Assembly (NCBI RefSeq): GCF_037042905.1
Contig: NC_087251.1
Coordinates: forward strand, 42,596,001 to 42,660,000
DNA from: Lytechinus pictus
Lineage: Eukaryota
Length of the DNA stretch: 64,000 nucleotides
Reading direction: 5' to 3'
The notes beneath the pieces are model-generated. The model did no database searches and had not been told where the DNA came from. It saw only the letters and a list, made by a program, of their open reading frames with translations. The stretch's first letter is position 1; the number at the start of each line of letters is the position of its first letter. A program made the position numbers and the translations under genes. Positions 48,920-63,437 of the stretch are shown piece after piece.

Positions 48920-50924
48920 ATTAAGGCCAGGTTTGAAAGCTAATTCAGTATATGTATCTTAGTAATTTATAACCGAAATAATCCATTGTTTGTAATTCAT
49001 CAAGAAAAGTTTCAAAGCGGTTTTTTTTTCTGATGGTCAAAGTAGTTTATAAAAATTTATAAATAATATCGTATTTATGTACATTTCATATACCCAATAC
49101 AGCGAGGTTGTTCCTGTCTTATTATTTCAATAAATCATAACAAGCTAAAATCAAACTGTGATTTTTGACAAGCAAATAGAGAACATCAAGAACAGAAAAA
49201 AGTGTTATCACTCCTGAACATGCTACCTACCCCCCCCCCCCCACAACCACCGCCAAAGATGACACGCAGAAAAAAAACTCCCTCACTTCCAAAATGGGAC
49301 ACATCTGGGGGCCTTATTAAATACGATACGGTTTGTGTTAAAATTTTGATCAAAAGAGGGGAATGGGGGCAAGTGCGCCCCTCAGTGTTCCCTGCTTCCG
49401 TTGATTGAATTTTAGGCTCCATTTCTTAAAACAATATTTTACTCACGAATTAACGCGCCAACTATTTGGGTTTGCATCAAAATGAGAACAGGCAGGATTC
49501 AAGTATTGCGAAATGTTTATGCGTCATTTATTAATCATAATCTTATTGATTATTTTGTGTTAAAATAACGATGATTCTTTTTGTTAAGTGTTTCTTGCCC
49601 GTTTCTTGTTTTGAATTATCACAATTATAAAATGGGGAAGTTTAATATCATGTTAAAATGGTTAAGCTATAGCCTGATCTGCAGTTATATTTTTGTTTTT
49701 GTATATAGTGCGAACGGGACATAGTCCACCGATCTACATGTAGGCCTATGATATAATTATGCTTCCTACAAATCGTTTTACAATCTGTTGACACTATTTA
49801 ATTATACTACTTTGCTTGTCACGATCATTTGGGGTCATCGGTTAACAGTAAATCTCGCTTTAAAGTTAAATCAGTGTGGGTTTAAGGTTCAGTGAACATC
49901 AATAGCTTTCTGTTTCACTTGCTATTGTGTATAGTTTTGTTGTTTTCATTTGCTGTGTGGCTAAATTTTGTTCATGTCGGTGCATAGTTATATACAGTTA
50001 CGTCGCTTTTTTGACAGCGTTAAAACTACTTCATTTTCTGCACTCTTGTCCTGAATTATTTCCAAGTAAGAGGCCAATTGCTTTCTCTAAAAGTTTTGAA
50101 GCTGAGTTTGGAAGCAGTGAGTATGTTCTGGTAGATTATATAATGTTTATTAACGTTATTTAGCGGAGTATACTATATATAACTGTTGCTAGTGCAATTG
50201 TTAATATAGGCCTCGCGTATTGTGTTTGTCTTCGTTCAAAACGTATACTGGCTTGGCGCCATATAGGCCAATATCTTTAGGATTTTGTCTCCTTAGTCTG
50301 TGGGAATCTTGAATATGAATCATTCAGGGCCGTACAAAACAATGATCGGCAATATTTATAATAGAACAATTAATATTGGTACAATGCATAGGCCTATATA
50401 TATATATATATATATATATATTGGCTTCCGCCGCCAATGTATATGCCTCTCTACATGATGTAGGCCTATATGGTAGGCCCACTTTTTGAGTCCCACTAAA
50501 TGGAGGGACTCTAGATACGTTTATGTCGCTAAAGTAAATTAAGATTATGATGTAAAATTGTACTCACTTAAGGCAGAACATCATGTAAAATATATTAATA
50601 TTGGTATTCTATTTATGTTTTTTGTTTTTAATTTTGTTATCATATGCCAATCTATTGTAAATATTGTGATTCTTAATGTTTTCTTTAAAAAAAGAAATAC
50701 TGTTTAATCAAAAAGTTGTCCTGTATTAAAAAGGGGGCCGCGGGCAACTGAAAAATGGAACTGGGGTATTTACCATGCTTATATACATAGAGACTGCTAT
50801 CTAGCTTTCACTAGATTGCCGCACTCGCTTGGATATAAATACTATGATTTTAAAAGACAAACAAATCAGTGCAACAAGAAATGTATAAATGTGCCTTAAT
50901 GCCTGTTTTGCTCGCTTGTCAGAT

Positions 50925-51010
50925 AATAATAATAATGATAATAATAATTATAATGATGATGATGATGATGGTGATGATGATGGTGATGATGATAATAATA
51001 ATGATAATGA
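50925..51010. repeat. (ATA)n/(ATG)n microsatellite
   Basis: Direct reading; lies at the SINE tail. Confidence 0.9.
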
Positions 51011-51230
51011 TATGGACTATTATTTTATATAGCGCAGCTACCATATATAGTCTATTTATTATTACCCGGCTGTAGCCCAGCCGCCATACAGGCGCTGAAG
51101 CATTATTCGAGGAATTTCTTCATACCCTTCACCTCATCACCTGGGTTGAGTGCAGCACAATGTAGGTAAATTTCTTGCTGAAGGAAAACACGCCATCGTT
51201 GGGAATCGAATCTACGTCCCTCAGGTTGAA
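51010..51230 (-). mobile_element. tRNA-derived SINE cut by a Kolobok-like MITE
   Basis: Shares TTCACCTCA...CCTGGGT.GAGTGCAGCACA.TGT...TTTCTTGCTGAAGGAAAACACGCC with the copy at 32828-33030. Confidence 0.75.
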
Positions 51231-51852
51231 AGGACAAGTCCACCCCAACAAAAAGTTGATTTGAATAAAAAAGCGAAAAATCCGACAAGTATAACATTGA
51301 AAATGTCATTAAAACGGTAAAATCGGATGCAAAATAAGAAAGTTATGAAATTTTAAATCTTTCCTGAATTTCACAAAACTGTTACTCAGTATATGCACAT
51401 CCTGGTCGGTATGCAAATGAGGTGACTGATGATGTCATCAACTCACTACTTCTTTTGTAATATGTTATATGAAATATAGAACATTCTAATTTTCTCCTCA
51501 TTGTCAAGTAAAACAACGATTAATACCTTTCTGAAAATGTGGAATTAGTAATATTGTTTAATACTATATGGTTCAGTCAAGTTGGTCCTTATTGTCAAAT
51601 CTGTACAAAATTATATATTGTATACAAGATTCAACAATAAAAGAAAAGAAATAGTGAGTGAAGGACATCATCAACTGTCTCATTTGCATGTCACTGATTA
51701 TTGTGCATATCACTGTTTTGTGAAAAATAAGTGAAACTTAAATGTCATAACTTCCTTGTTTTACATCCGATTTTGACGAAATCTTTAGCATTATGCTAAT
51801 TTGATTTTTCTCTATTTATTCAAATCAACATTTCTCTGGGTGGACTTCACAT
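51231..51852. mobile_element. Kolobok-like MITE
   Basis: AGGACAAGTCCACCCC...GGGTGGACTT; collinear with 60405-61000. Confidence 0.82.
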
Positions 51853-52418
51853 TTATGGGGGTTCAAAATAACAAATAAAAAAAAACGGCTCGCCGCTTCG
51901 CGGCTTGCGGGTGATGGTCATTCTGGTCACCCCCGGCCTTGAAAAAAAGCTGGACCCGCCCCTGCATGGTTTCAAGTCATAAAGAATCGCATCAAATTAT
52001 TTCTTGACTTCCACGTGGTTGATGGTTCTGTTATCTCACACTAGTTCATGAATAAAATTATTTTCAATTTTTTTTTTCGTTTAGCGGTCCAATTCTTCAA
52101 ATCCCTGAATAGAAAATTGTACAAGCTAGCCAGCTTTCATTTCCTTGGTATACAAGACAGCATTCTGTTGATAAATTACCTGAAGACATGCCTGCTTCTT
52201 TGATACTTTCTAAAAATTAAATTGTTATTTCTTCCAGTATAAGTGCTGCCTCAAGATGATGAAGATAAGCGCAAGATAATTGTACTTGAGATCCTTTATT
52301 CTGTCTTGTATTTCTTGCTATCTATGTTCTTCTTTCTTTCATTGTGCACGGCGCAGAGTGGATTTTGGTGCATTATATATCATAATTTTATTAGTATTAA
52401 ATGTACTATTGTTGCGTA

Positions 52419-52661
52419 CACTCTTAAAAAAGGTTGGGCAAAAAAGGGCCCAATTTTTTACCCTCACTGGGCAACATACTTTTCACACAACTTTTTGTTA
52501 AAATCAGTTCAAATTGGGTAATAAAAAATAATAATTGGGTAATAAATTTGCTCCATTGGATAATAATTGCCCAGAATATATATATACTTGTCTATATATA
52601 TATTTACCAACATACATTACCCAACACAGTGGACAGTATGTTGCCCAACATTTTAAGTGTG
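52419..52661. mobile_element. CACT-ended MITE with TA flanks
   Basis: TA|CACTCTTAAAA..GTTGGGC...GCCCAACATTTTAAGTGTG|TA. Confidence 0.78.
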
Positions 52662-52926
52662 TATAAGCCTAATGCTCGTATAACAACTTGATACCATCAT
52701 GAAGCGTGATGGCCATTAATTAAAAAAAAAAAAAAAAAAACACGGTAAACTTGTACGATCCCAAACAATGGGGTGATTCCAAGTTCAGTGTTGACCTTTT
52801 GGTATTGGTGTTAGGTCAATTTTTACACGAGTATAACACTGAACATATAATGAAGATGGTCCTGAAAAGTCACTCACTAGTTGCTGAGATGTCAATAATG
52901 TGATCTGGTTCAGTTTTACCCTGGAC

Positions 52927-53472
52927 CCCGGGGGGGCCACTTCCATTCACGAGTGGATACCATGCGCGACCATGGGGTCTCGAAAAGCACCCTAAACACG
53001 TAATTTCCATATTCTAAAAATGCACCCCTTAACAAGTATTGGCGTCTAAAACCCTACCCTTAACAAGTATTGGAAATAAAACGATACTCTTGGCAAATAT
53101 TTCCTGAAATGAACCCCTAAACAAGTACAGGAATGTTTTATTGTTACGGGTCCTTCGGTCTTCGTCTTTAATTTATTTGGTTTAGTACGACCCCACCTTC
53201 TACACCTCGCGCAAATCGGACTCTAAACACGAAGTGTTGGGGCATCCTTTATAAAACATTTTAATTTTGTTTTATCATCCCTGCATATTCGACCCTAAAC
53301 ACGTAATTTTCCTAGCGAAATAGATACCCTTTTTTCATTATTTTTGTGATTTTGACACCCTTATCACGTTACGTAAGTAACGTGCCCTATCGTGAAAAAG
53401 ACATCCTTTTTACGTGTTTTTTTGGTCGCGCATGGTATCCATGCACTCGTCAATGTAAGTGGCCCCCCCGGG
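52927..53472. mobile_element. CCCGGGGG-ended MITE with perfect 8-bp TSD
   Basis: ~45-bp TIRs; CCCTGGAC on both flanks; internal ACCCTAAACACG repeats; a partial left end of the same family at ~35736-35783. Confidence 0.9.
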
Positions 53473-54780
53473 CCCTGGACCTACTACGCAGGTCCATGGT
53501 TTTACAAACTCTCAGAATAGGTTTTGGAGCTATAGGGGGAAGCAATCCAAATTGTGCTTCCAACACCAACGCCAACACCGGACTTGAAATCACCCATTAA
53601 ATCAGCAACCTCCATACCAGCAAGTGGCTAAAACAGTCTTTCGGATTTGAAATCAAGTTGCATATAGGAACAGCAACATGAGCAATATCAGACTTAAAGT
53701 TTTAGCCCGGGGTTTTAGCATGATAGTAAAAGTGAGAATGAAATGAAGCATGTAGTATGATTGTCGGCCCCACTTATTTTCATATTTATTTATCATTTTT
53801 TTAGGGGGGCAAAATAGGCCCTACATCCCAATGAAAAATGCACTATTATTATATAGTCAAGCGACGCATCTGCTAAACTAAAAGCTTCAGTCTCTGTATT
53901 TTGATTGTTCCGCTGAACTGCGTTGGTTCCACCATGGATAGGTCCATGGTTCCACTCATGGAGATGATAGTAAAATGTCAGAAATTGTTAAATAAATCCC
54001 CATGTAGAAACGACGGTATTCCTGTCTACGCATCTGCTTGCATGTCAGTGATTTCAATGATTTTTTTAGTGTATGCTTATTATTTTATTTTATTTATTTT
54101 TTCTAATGTTCTAAATTTATTCGAATCAACAAATCGATCTTGGATTTTAATTGGGATTTGAATAAGCTAAGTATTTATCGATGCTACTACTATTCAGTAC
54201 TGAAGTAGGCTACATGTAGTTTGTTTCCTACCATAACATAATGTTTTTTTTCTCTTCTGATTATGCCCTCACTGCATAGGGAGGGGGGATGAAACGATAA
54301 AAGAAATAATGTATAGTTTTCTGAATAGGCCTAGCTGTTGTGTCAATTAAAATCAATAGATTTTCATATAAAAAAGGTGACAATATTTACTTGCTCGCTC
54401 GAGACTTTAATGAGACTTTATCACAATATGCCATGCTGTACCCCCTCGTATTTTTTTGTTTTGCTTATTGTACCCGGAGGTATATAGGCCTATTCGTGAG
54501 GGATTTAAATTCAAAAGTTAGCAGAATTAAATTACCCCAGAATTTCAGGAAGATCTCAATGAATGTTCGGGATTATCCCCCCCCCCCCAAAAAAAAAAAA
54601 AAAAAAAAAAAAAAACCCGGTATTGCTTATAGGCCCCCTAAAATAATATCAAACCCTTCCTTTCCCGAAAAACTAGGAATCAACATGCGGGTGGCGATGG
54701 CCGGGGGGGGGGAGGAATGATCGCCTACCTGGGGACGGGGGGGGGTTACGCCATTGACGATGATAGGATGATACTGGTAG

Positions 54781-55066
54781 TGACGCAAAACCTCATCCAG
54801 TCACGTGACTTTATGTTTATGTTATACTCACTCACTGAGTGACTATACTACAGGTATAATTATATTCCGCCAAACTCGCATGCATGCACAAGTAAAGTAC
54901 AGTGGCACACACCCAACTCCGTTTTGTTTATTATTATTAACCAGTCAGGCGAATATAGTAAATGTATTGAAAACCAGGATATTGTTGGGTTTTCTGTGCT
55001 ATAAAGTACTTGACAACCTTACCTCTTTTCTCGTTCGTTTGAATACTATGATTCAGGGAAGATGCG
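54781..55066 (+). promoter_or_regulatory. Candidate promoter and non-coding first exon of the downstream gene
   Basis: TGACGCAA (54781), palindrome AGTCACGTGACT (54799-54810), splice donor G|GTAAGT at 55066/55067. Confidence 0.45.
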
Positions 55067-56985
55067 GTAAGTACAGAAAATTCTAGTCATGCATGCATGT
55101 CATTTGTCATTGAGCGAATGTGTGCATTTTATTACTGTACATGCGCATGCATGCATAAGTGCAGAGTAGTAGAATTTAGTATTTAGATTATGTGAAAGAT
55201 ATTCCTGATATGATTGAATCTTTTTTAAAGTTTATTTAAAAATTGTATATTGTATAGTAATTATATAGTAGCAATTGATCAGTGACGTAGTTTTGCTAAT
55301 TTACTATGATCATGATCATGATGAGCATGTACTGCATCATAATAATACTAACCTCGTACTAGTAGTAGTGTGTGAGTAGTACTGCATAGCATACTGGCAA
55401 TTTTAGTGGTACACTGGTAGTAGTACGGCCATAGCTACTCGCCATGTGCAAGCAAATTGTGAACATGATGATAGATTACATGTATATTTATGCATTATTT
55501 AGTGAGTATGATGATTTTTCCTTATGACACTTGACATTCCAGTAATAGAATCATACTTCACCTTATTTTGTCATGGATTATTTATTTAATTATATATTTA
55601 TTTATCTATTTATTTATTCATTAGTATTATTATTTTTTTTTTTTGGGGGGGGTGGGTGGTTGGTGTGCGCCAGAGCCTGCAAGCCCGGGAGTCCCCTCCC
55701 ACCAAATATATGCCAACTGGCCAATGACAATGATATCTAGTTCAATGACAAGATAAAAAAAACAGTCCTGAAATTAAAATAACAAAATTTATGGGATATG
55801 GGGACACTTTATTGTAATAAACAATAAAATTTAGGAATCACTTAGCCAAACATATTCTTCTTGACCTCCATTTGATCACATGAATATTCAAAGTGGCTGA
55901 TTTTACTCCTAGGAATTCAAAGAATTAAATTCAAAGATTGAAAATAAATAGATTTAGATGTACTACTCAATAATAATGAAAATTCATAGAGATGATATTG
56001 GTGTTATTGTTTTCAATTATTGAATTCACTGTTAATTACATGTATAACCAATGATAGTCGTACACTACAGACAATGACAAAATACTTTTACTAGGTAATT
56101 TAATAGCATGTGAATCATGATATCATTGGCATCAATTTGCATCATGATTTTGGACTTTCCTACCTAAAGAAGCTACCATGATGCAAATGAAGAAGATCAG
56201 AGATTTTTATCATGATCATAGTTTATGTAGTAATTAGCTGTATTAAGGACCGAATCCCTTCCAAATTCCCCCTCCAGTGTCCAGTGAGATATCATATCTT
56301 TAGGGAGTTCTCTTTAGGACCATAATTATCCAGTATCAATGTAAACTCCCGTGTTTAAATTTAAAGAGTGATAAACAAGCCAAGATGCTTGTGCCACTCA
56401 GGGAAATGTAAAATCTGTACACATCCATTATACCTCTAGATCTGTGGCCCATTGCAGAAAAAAGGTTTGCAATCAAAAGCAAGTATAAAATTCACAGGCA
56501 ACTAGATTTTCATCCAAACGAATGCGCTTGATGTTTTTACCTTACGTGTACACACAACTATTTCCGCGATTTGTTTTTTCAGTTGTAGATTATAATTTAC
56601 AAATCTCTACAGTTAAACACACTTTTACTATATGAACCTTACAGTACATGTAGTTGTTTAAACAGGTGTATGTAATCTTAAACAACAAAATTTGATTTTA
56701 AATGTGTAATTCTCAATAAATAAACATGACTTTTTAAGCTGTTAAACAAAGTTAGGTTCACAAGTAAACAACATTGTATAGAATGTTAAACTGCATTTTT
56801 ACTGTGTAAGAGTGCAAGTCTCTCATTTTGGGGGAGTGATTCGTCATGTCTGGGATATAGCTCTGGTAAATGTAAATTGATCAACTTCTTTTAGAATGAA
56901 ACATAATAACATATATGCATGTGTGTCTCACTCTTCTGTGCAGCTCCATTTTTGCCGTGTGTCTGATGCCTGACCAACTGTCACC

Positions 56986-57196
56986 ATGTCATTAGCGAAA
57001 CCAGCAAACCTGAATATCAAGCAGATGCCTGATGAGAATCCGTATGAACTTTCACCCGTTGCGTTCGATGCTGATTCTATAGAGATGAGGAATCAACTGA
57101 AATTCACCCAGCTCCCGCAGGATCCACCGGCAGTCCCTCCCGCTCCAGCTCCAAGACAAAGAACAGAGGAAACTAACTTATCAACAGGGCAAGCAA
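56986..57196 (+). CDS. First coding exon of an unidentified host gene (Pro-rich, disordered N-terminus)
   Basis: Acceptor CTCTTCTGTGCAG ends at 56943; GTCACCATG start context; donor AA|GTAAGC at 57197 (phase 1); MSLAKPANLN...ENPYEL...PPAVPPAPAPR. Confidence 0.75.
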
Positions 57197-59248
57197 GTAA
57201 GCATCCAGTTTTGTGTTTAATGATTCACCTTTCATTTCATGTTGCCCTGGGTGAAGGGGTGGTGGGAGGCTTTAGCCCATAGGGCCCTGGGAAGCGGGGG
57301 TTATGTATGTGTTATACACCATAGGCAGCACCCCCCCCCCCTGGAAATCAGGTTGAGATGCTAAAAAGTAGAAATTATACTAAAATCACCTTCATTTTGG
57401 AGCAAGAACCTTTTTTTTCCCTCCAAATCAGCATCCTCTCTTCAAAAATCGTTCCCATGGCCTAGCTGCTAGCCCTCCGTTTTTATCCAAAACTGTTTTA
57501 ATAACCAAAATGTCAAAGCGATCATCTGATTTGTTGTTTTGTCAGCCCCTCCTTCACTTGTTCTGCAGCCCTTGTGATAAACCTGGGCCCTTGGTTAGTT
57601 TTACAGTTTATATATATGTACTACCAGGTCAAACAAGTTAATAAGCCTGTGATTTAAAATCATAAGTAACATAGGGATGTATTTTTAGTGGCCAGACCCC
57701 TTCCATACACTTTGCATTTCCCTAAGGAATAGGACAAAGCTGATGAAAAGCAATATCAATAATGCATTCATAAAGTAAAGGGATCTACAATTTTACTTAT
57801 AAGATACAGAAAATGAGGGTATTCCAAGTAAGCAGCAATGTCTACAGTATGACTATATTATCTATATACCCTTGCAAGATCCTTCGCAAATATGTGCAGA
57901 TAGGATACCATACATACAGTTATTGTGTGAAGAACAAAGATAACCTACATGTTAGGTAGGTCAGTGACATCGCTTAAGCAGTTTGCTATTTTTCAAATGA
58001 CCAGTTTAAGGTGAACTAGACAAATAAACCTTCAAGCCAGGGCATTTGAACTGTTTAGTTACTCCTGAATACAAACAGAATATTATGTATTCATGGTCAA
58101 GGATGTGATCTGGCTACTATCCAAGGAAAAGAAGTGTGTAAATCATTACAATGGATTGTAGTTACTCATTAACTAATTCTGTCTCTGGTGGCTAACCAAA
58201 CTGTTGTATCACATGATTTGGCAAAATATTTGTGTTTTAGAAGCTGGTTTGATTACAGGCAAATTTCAAGGCCAGCTTGTCTTTCAGACTAATCAGGATA
58301 CATGTAGCTTTTCATTGACAAAGCTATTCATAATTTTCTGTATGAAAAGAAGAAGAGATGCTTGTATTGTATAATATATTGCATTTCAAAACATAAACTG
58401 CATGCACATGCTTGACACATTTGAAAACCACATAGATGTATTTAATGCATCATGTGTTTACTATTTTAATTTGCAGAGGATGTACATGTACGGTATGATT
58501 AGCTTAGATAGTGCTTTGCTACCAGCAGCATAATTATAATGATGCAAATATGTTGAGGGGCCAGACAGGGCATATATGTGGAGAAATTTTCTGATAAACT
58601 GTGAGGGAGCAAAATGAGTGAGCAAAAAAAGGGAACTTTTATATAATTTTGTGATGTATTTTGACATATTCAGAAATTGATATCATATTTCACCATTTAT
58701 CCTTTCCTTCTCTCTCTCTCTCTCTCTCTTTACCGCTGATCTGTATACCAGTGTTTGCTACCTTAATGTATGCTAGCTCTGTCCTTCTTGGTCTTATTTT
58801 TCCCCTCATAGACTAGTATTCACCTTTTTTTATATACAAAACGGGCTAGGGGAAAGCAGGGCTAGACTGACCTTCGTGCCCACTGTAGTCTGCCTATATC
58901 ACATGTTTCTCTGTTTTGCAATGATTGTAAAGAAATAAAATAGAAGCATTATTACAGAAGTTAGTATCATATTGCAGTTTGGGAGTAATATGAACAGGGT
59001 TTTTGACTGCTGTGAGCTCATAGGAACAAAATTTCTTATTTATATTTTCTGGCATTTCCCATCCGTCAATTTGATTTCTTGAATTAGAGAGGGTCCTTTC
59101 ATTTTAAATTTAAAAAATCTAGCTACCTTGAGAGGAAGATTTTTGGCATTCCCAGCAGTGCTTCAGGAAGGAATTATTCATTGTATACTACATCCGGAGG
59201 AATACCAAATGAAGCAGCTTACATAGCGATTATGATAATGGAACCAAA

Positions 59249-59841
59249 GGGGCTTTCACACTGACTCGGTCATCAAAATACCCATAAATACTATGAGAAC
59301 TTGTTGAAGCCACAAAACAGAGATAATTATATTCAGCATTATTGTTGAGCTTGCGCATTACATTCCCAGTGGCAGTAGCCTTTAGGCAAGTACTCTCTCA
59401 CTGCTTGCTGCTGAACTGGTTAAGGCAGTGTGCGTTTTAAGTAGTGATCGCCGTACCGAGCTGTTTTTGTGCAGGTCCATTTAGGATGCGTTGAGGAAAA
59501 GAACAACACCGAGTGCCCTGGCTAAAGGCTAAAGTAGCAGAGCCTGGCGAATCAAAATCACTCGCTCAGCAAAACAACCAAAGTGCCCTACAGCACCCGC
59601 ACTGCAATGCACTGAATGGGAAAGTTCTTGTAATTTGCCTTCACGCTGTGAGAATACCTGCAACCTTTGGTTTGCAAGTTCTCATTAACAAGTACCTACT
59701 ATTTGGTAAGGGTTTTCTTTTGAGAATATTATGAGTCAGTTCACTTTCACACTGCCCAGAATAACAGTTATTTTAAGATTGGGTTACCTGTAGATCAGAG
59801 AATACCAGGTTTTTGGTTTTCCAAGTCGGTCTGAAAGCACC
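59249..59841. mobile_element. Harbinger-like MITE (intronic)
   Basis: GGGGCTTTCACACTGACT...AGTCGGTCTGAAAGCACC with AAA flanks. Confidence 0.6.
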
Positions 59842-60404
59842 AAAAGGAAGATCACTCTGAAGCAATCTGTTTCCTGGCAGGAAGATCCTAAGGTCTACAG
59901 GTCAACAACAATATCATGACCAAAGACACAAAATCGTATCTCACAATTTACTTTTACCAAAAAAACAAAATGTATTGAGTTTAGTCATATGACAAAAGAC
60001 CACAAAAACAATTGCATTATGTTACTGAGATTCATCATAATTTGACACCTATTCAATTGTGAATAGGAATAATATTCAATCTTAGATTGTGGAATTTGGT
60101 CTCTACGTACTTTTATATTTAAAGTACATGTTTTTTTTAATCAGAAACAGAGAGTTTGAAAGGAAGGAAGGAAGATGTGTGAGCTTGTGTGTGTAAGGGA
60201 GAGAGAGAGAAAAAAAGGGGGGGGGAGCTAACTGATACAGTACTTAATTACTGCACATGTCTGTCTAATATATAAGAATAATATACAACAGTTATAAAGC
60301 GCCTTATATGGACGTTTCAAAGCGCTAAGTAAGAAAGAATGCACAAGATATTTGAAGTAAAAGAACAACGAGGAAACTGAAAGTGAAAACATTACATACA
60401 TTAA

Positions 60405-61000
60405 AGGACAAGCCCACCCCAACAAAAAGTGGATTTGAATAGAAAGCGAGAAATCCATCAAGCACAACACTGAAAATTTCATCAAAATTGGATGTAAAAT
60501 GAGAAAAATATTTTAATTTTTGCTTAATATCACAAAACAGTTATATGCACATTCTGATCAGTATGCAAATGAGGAGACTGATGATGTCATCCACTCACTA
60601 TATCTTTTGTATTTTATTATATGAAATATTCTTATTTTCTCATTGTCAAGTGAAACAACAATTATTAATTCCTCCCTGAACATGTGGAATTAGCATTGTT
60701 TAATACTATATGTTTCAGTCAAGTTGGTCCTTAATGTAATATCTGTAAAAAATGAAATATTATATAATTCAAAGTAAAACAATAAAAAACAAAAGAAACA
60801 GTGAGTGAAGTGCATCATCGACTGTCTCATTTGCATATATACTGAGTTGGGCATATAACTGTTTTGTGAAAAATAAGCGAAACTTTGAAATGTCATAACT
60901 TTATTATTTCACATCAGATTTTGATGAAATTTTCAGCATTATGCTAGTTTGTTTTTCTCTATTCATTCAAATCAACATTTTTCTGAGGTGAACTTGACTT
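60405..61000. mobile_element. Kolobok-like MITE (intronic), TTAA TSD
   Basis: TTAA|AGGACAAGCCCACCCC...GAGGTGAACTTGACTT|TTAA. Confidence 0.88.
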
Positions 61001-63437
61001 TTAATTATACATACGAATACAGAGATAATCAGTAAATACAACTTAAATACAACAGGTCGATAATGGATAATTGATTTACATGTAAGCCTATTTAGTCTCT
61101 GGTAATGGCTCATTAATTTGAATTAGAAAAGAGTATCAACATCTACAAACTTTCCAATCTTACAGAATGTGTAGTGGCCCTTGAATCTTTTTTCAGCTGT
61201 TGACTCTGTAAAATTTTAGTTTGGATGTTTATGGTATTTTTTCTCCAAAAATCATTTCGAATAATTATCATACAAATTAAGTGATTGGATGTCAGAAAGC
61301 TACATACACAGAGATCATATCCTGAACTTGGGCAGGTCTTATGATGACAGTGACAGATGTCCAAAATTCAAAACTGATAAAAAATCTGACTTTTCCTTGA
61401 GCAGTACCATCAGATTTAGATGTTAGTTGGTACTGCAGTGTACCTTGTACTTAACATAAACATTTTTTTTCCCTCACCAACATATGGCAAGTGTCATGCT
61501 TCAAACAGATTACTGGTATATCTATACTAGTTTGTTTGTGGGTTTTTTTTTTATATGAATATCTACAACAAGAAAATATATTTTCAAATTTCTTAACTCT
61601 TTTCGCAAAGTTAGGTAATGGTAGTGAGAAAAACTGTTGTACAGTTATTTTTTTTTTGGTGCATTTTGGGACATCTCTTCCTATTAAATATAAATACTTC
61701 ACAAAGTTTTAGACCAAATTTAGCCTAATCTAGATCAATAAAATGTACACAACAATAGCAATAAATTCATCAAGAAAATACAGAGAAGAAATTTTACATG
61801 CACTGCTTTGAAGAGCAAATGTTGGTTTGTGTATACATGTACATGCAGTGATGTGGTAGCAATAACAAGTAGTATAAATCCCGTACGTTAACACGTTGGC
61901 CGCTGCGAACTGTGGCTTTATGGGAATACGTCACGTTGAAGCTTTCAAATTTTGTGTTTTCACAAAGTGACGATTGTGTTTGAAGCTCATTTTAAAAATC
62001 ATGCAAATGAAATTAAAAAATGTAGAAAAATGTTTGGTATAATTTCTGTCATAATATTTAATTCATTCACCTTATAAAGTGGTTGAAAGTCCTGAAAATC
62101 TGAAGGCTATTGACTTAAAAACTTACTTCTTTTGGCTGCAGTGCACTTTCATCTTCAGACACTTTGTGAAAACAAGGATAGTTTTTTTGAGTTGTGAAAT
62201 GTGTGGTAATTAACTCTGATCATAATACATAAATATCTACCCAAATGAAACACAGACTTTTTTTGGTTAAAAAGTTAAATGCCCCAGCCCCCCCCCCAAA
62301 AAAAAAAATAGAGAGAAGTGTGTTAACCTCATAAAAGTGAATCATTTCCCAGTAGCAGAATAGAGGATGTTATAATGAGTGTTGTATGGTCATTATGGGT
62401 ATAGGAATACATCCTCTTTTAAGCAGGCCTTTGTGCTAAGAAACTATGAAAAAAGACAATTATACTTCTTCCAAATTGAAGTAAAATGATATGAGTATTG
62501 CATGTTATTATTTTTCTATTTATCAGGGGTGCACCTGCCTGGTACTGTGGCCCTTGCGTGTAATGCCTATTTTTTTATTTATTCATCCATTTTTTTTGCT
62601 GTTGGACATGTGAAATTACCAATGATAAAACCAGAATACAGCTTGCACTGTCACAATGATGAGTTGAACAGCACATAGTTTGCCACATTATAAGGAAGTC
62701 TACATGACACCATTTGTTATTTTTCATGAGTTTCTTTCATGCCAATTTCCTATAGCTATTAGACTTCCATTTTATATTTATAAAAGGAATAGTGCGTGTC
62801 CTTGAAAGGTGTATCTGTATGTTGCATTGAATTTGCAGTATCCACTATCCATTCTTCCTACCTACGATCTGATACATGTATACCACCAAATGTGGATCAC
62901 CAATTCAGACTATATAATTACCCTGTATCTGCCAAATATAGAAAGAGAAGAAAAAAACATAGCTAATATCCTTGAATCATTAACATACATGATTCTTATC
63001 CAATGGACCATGTTTCACATTTACATTCTTGTCACACTGTGACCAAATTGAGGCAATTGAATTATGCATAATGATCACTCTTTTAAGATAAGCATATACT
63101 TGATCTGTAATTGCCCAAAGTGGCTGCATGGACTATAGGGATTCACTATTTATTGTCATTTTTTGCCTTTGAATCCAGTTAAGTATTCAATGTCTAGTAT
63201 CGTAACGGAAGATCGTATAGGGCCTACTCGCCCGTCAAAGTTGAGTGTTCAGTGGTCAATTATACAAACAATCAAGCTTATTCACCAATGTTGTAAGAAA
63301 AATACAAGAGAAATGGACCAATTGCTAACCGTATTGAACTTCATCAAGTAAACAGAATTCACTTCATCTTATTCTTAAGAAAAGGTTTTTCTCTGTCTAT
63401 GGTTTATCTTTTTTTTCCTTTTTATTTTGTATTACAG

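Noticed and set aside
57197..57282. C-terminal part of ORF 56986-57282
   Set aside because: It is read-through past the GTAAGC donor into the intron.
61890..62200. piggyBac-like element (TTAA-CACGTT start)
   Set aside because: No matching right TIR or TTAA end could be identified.
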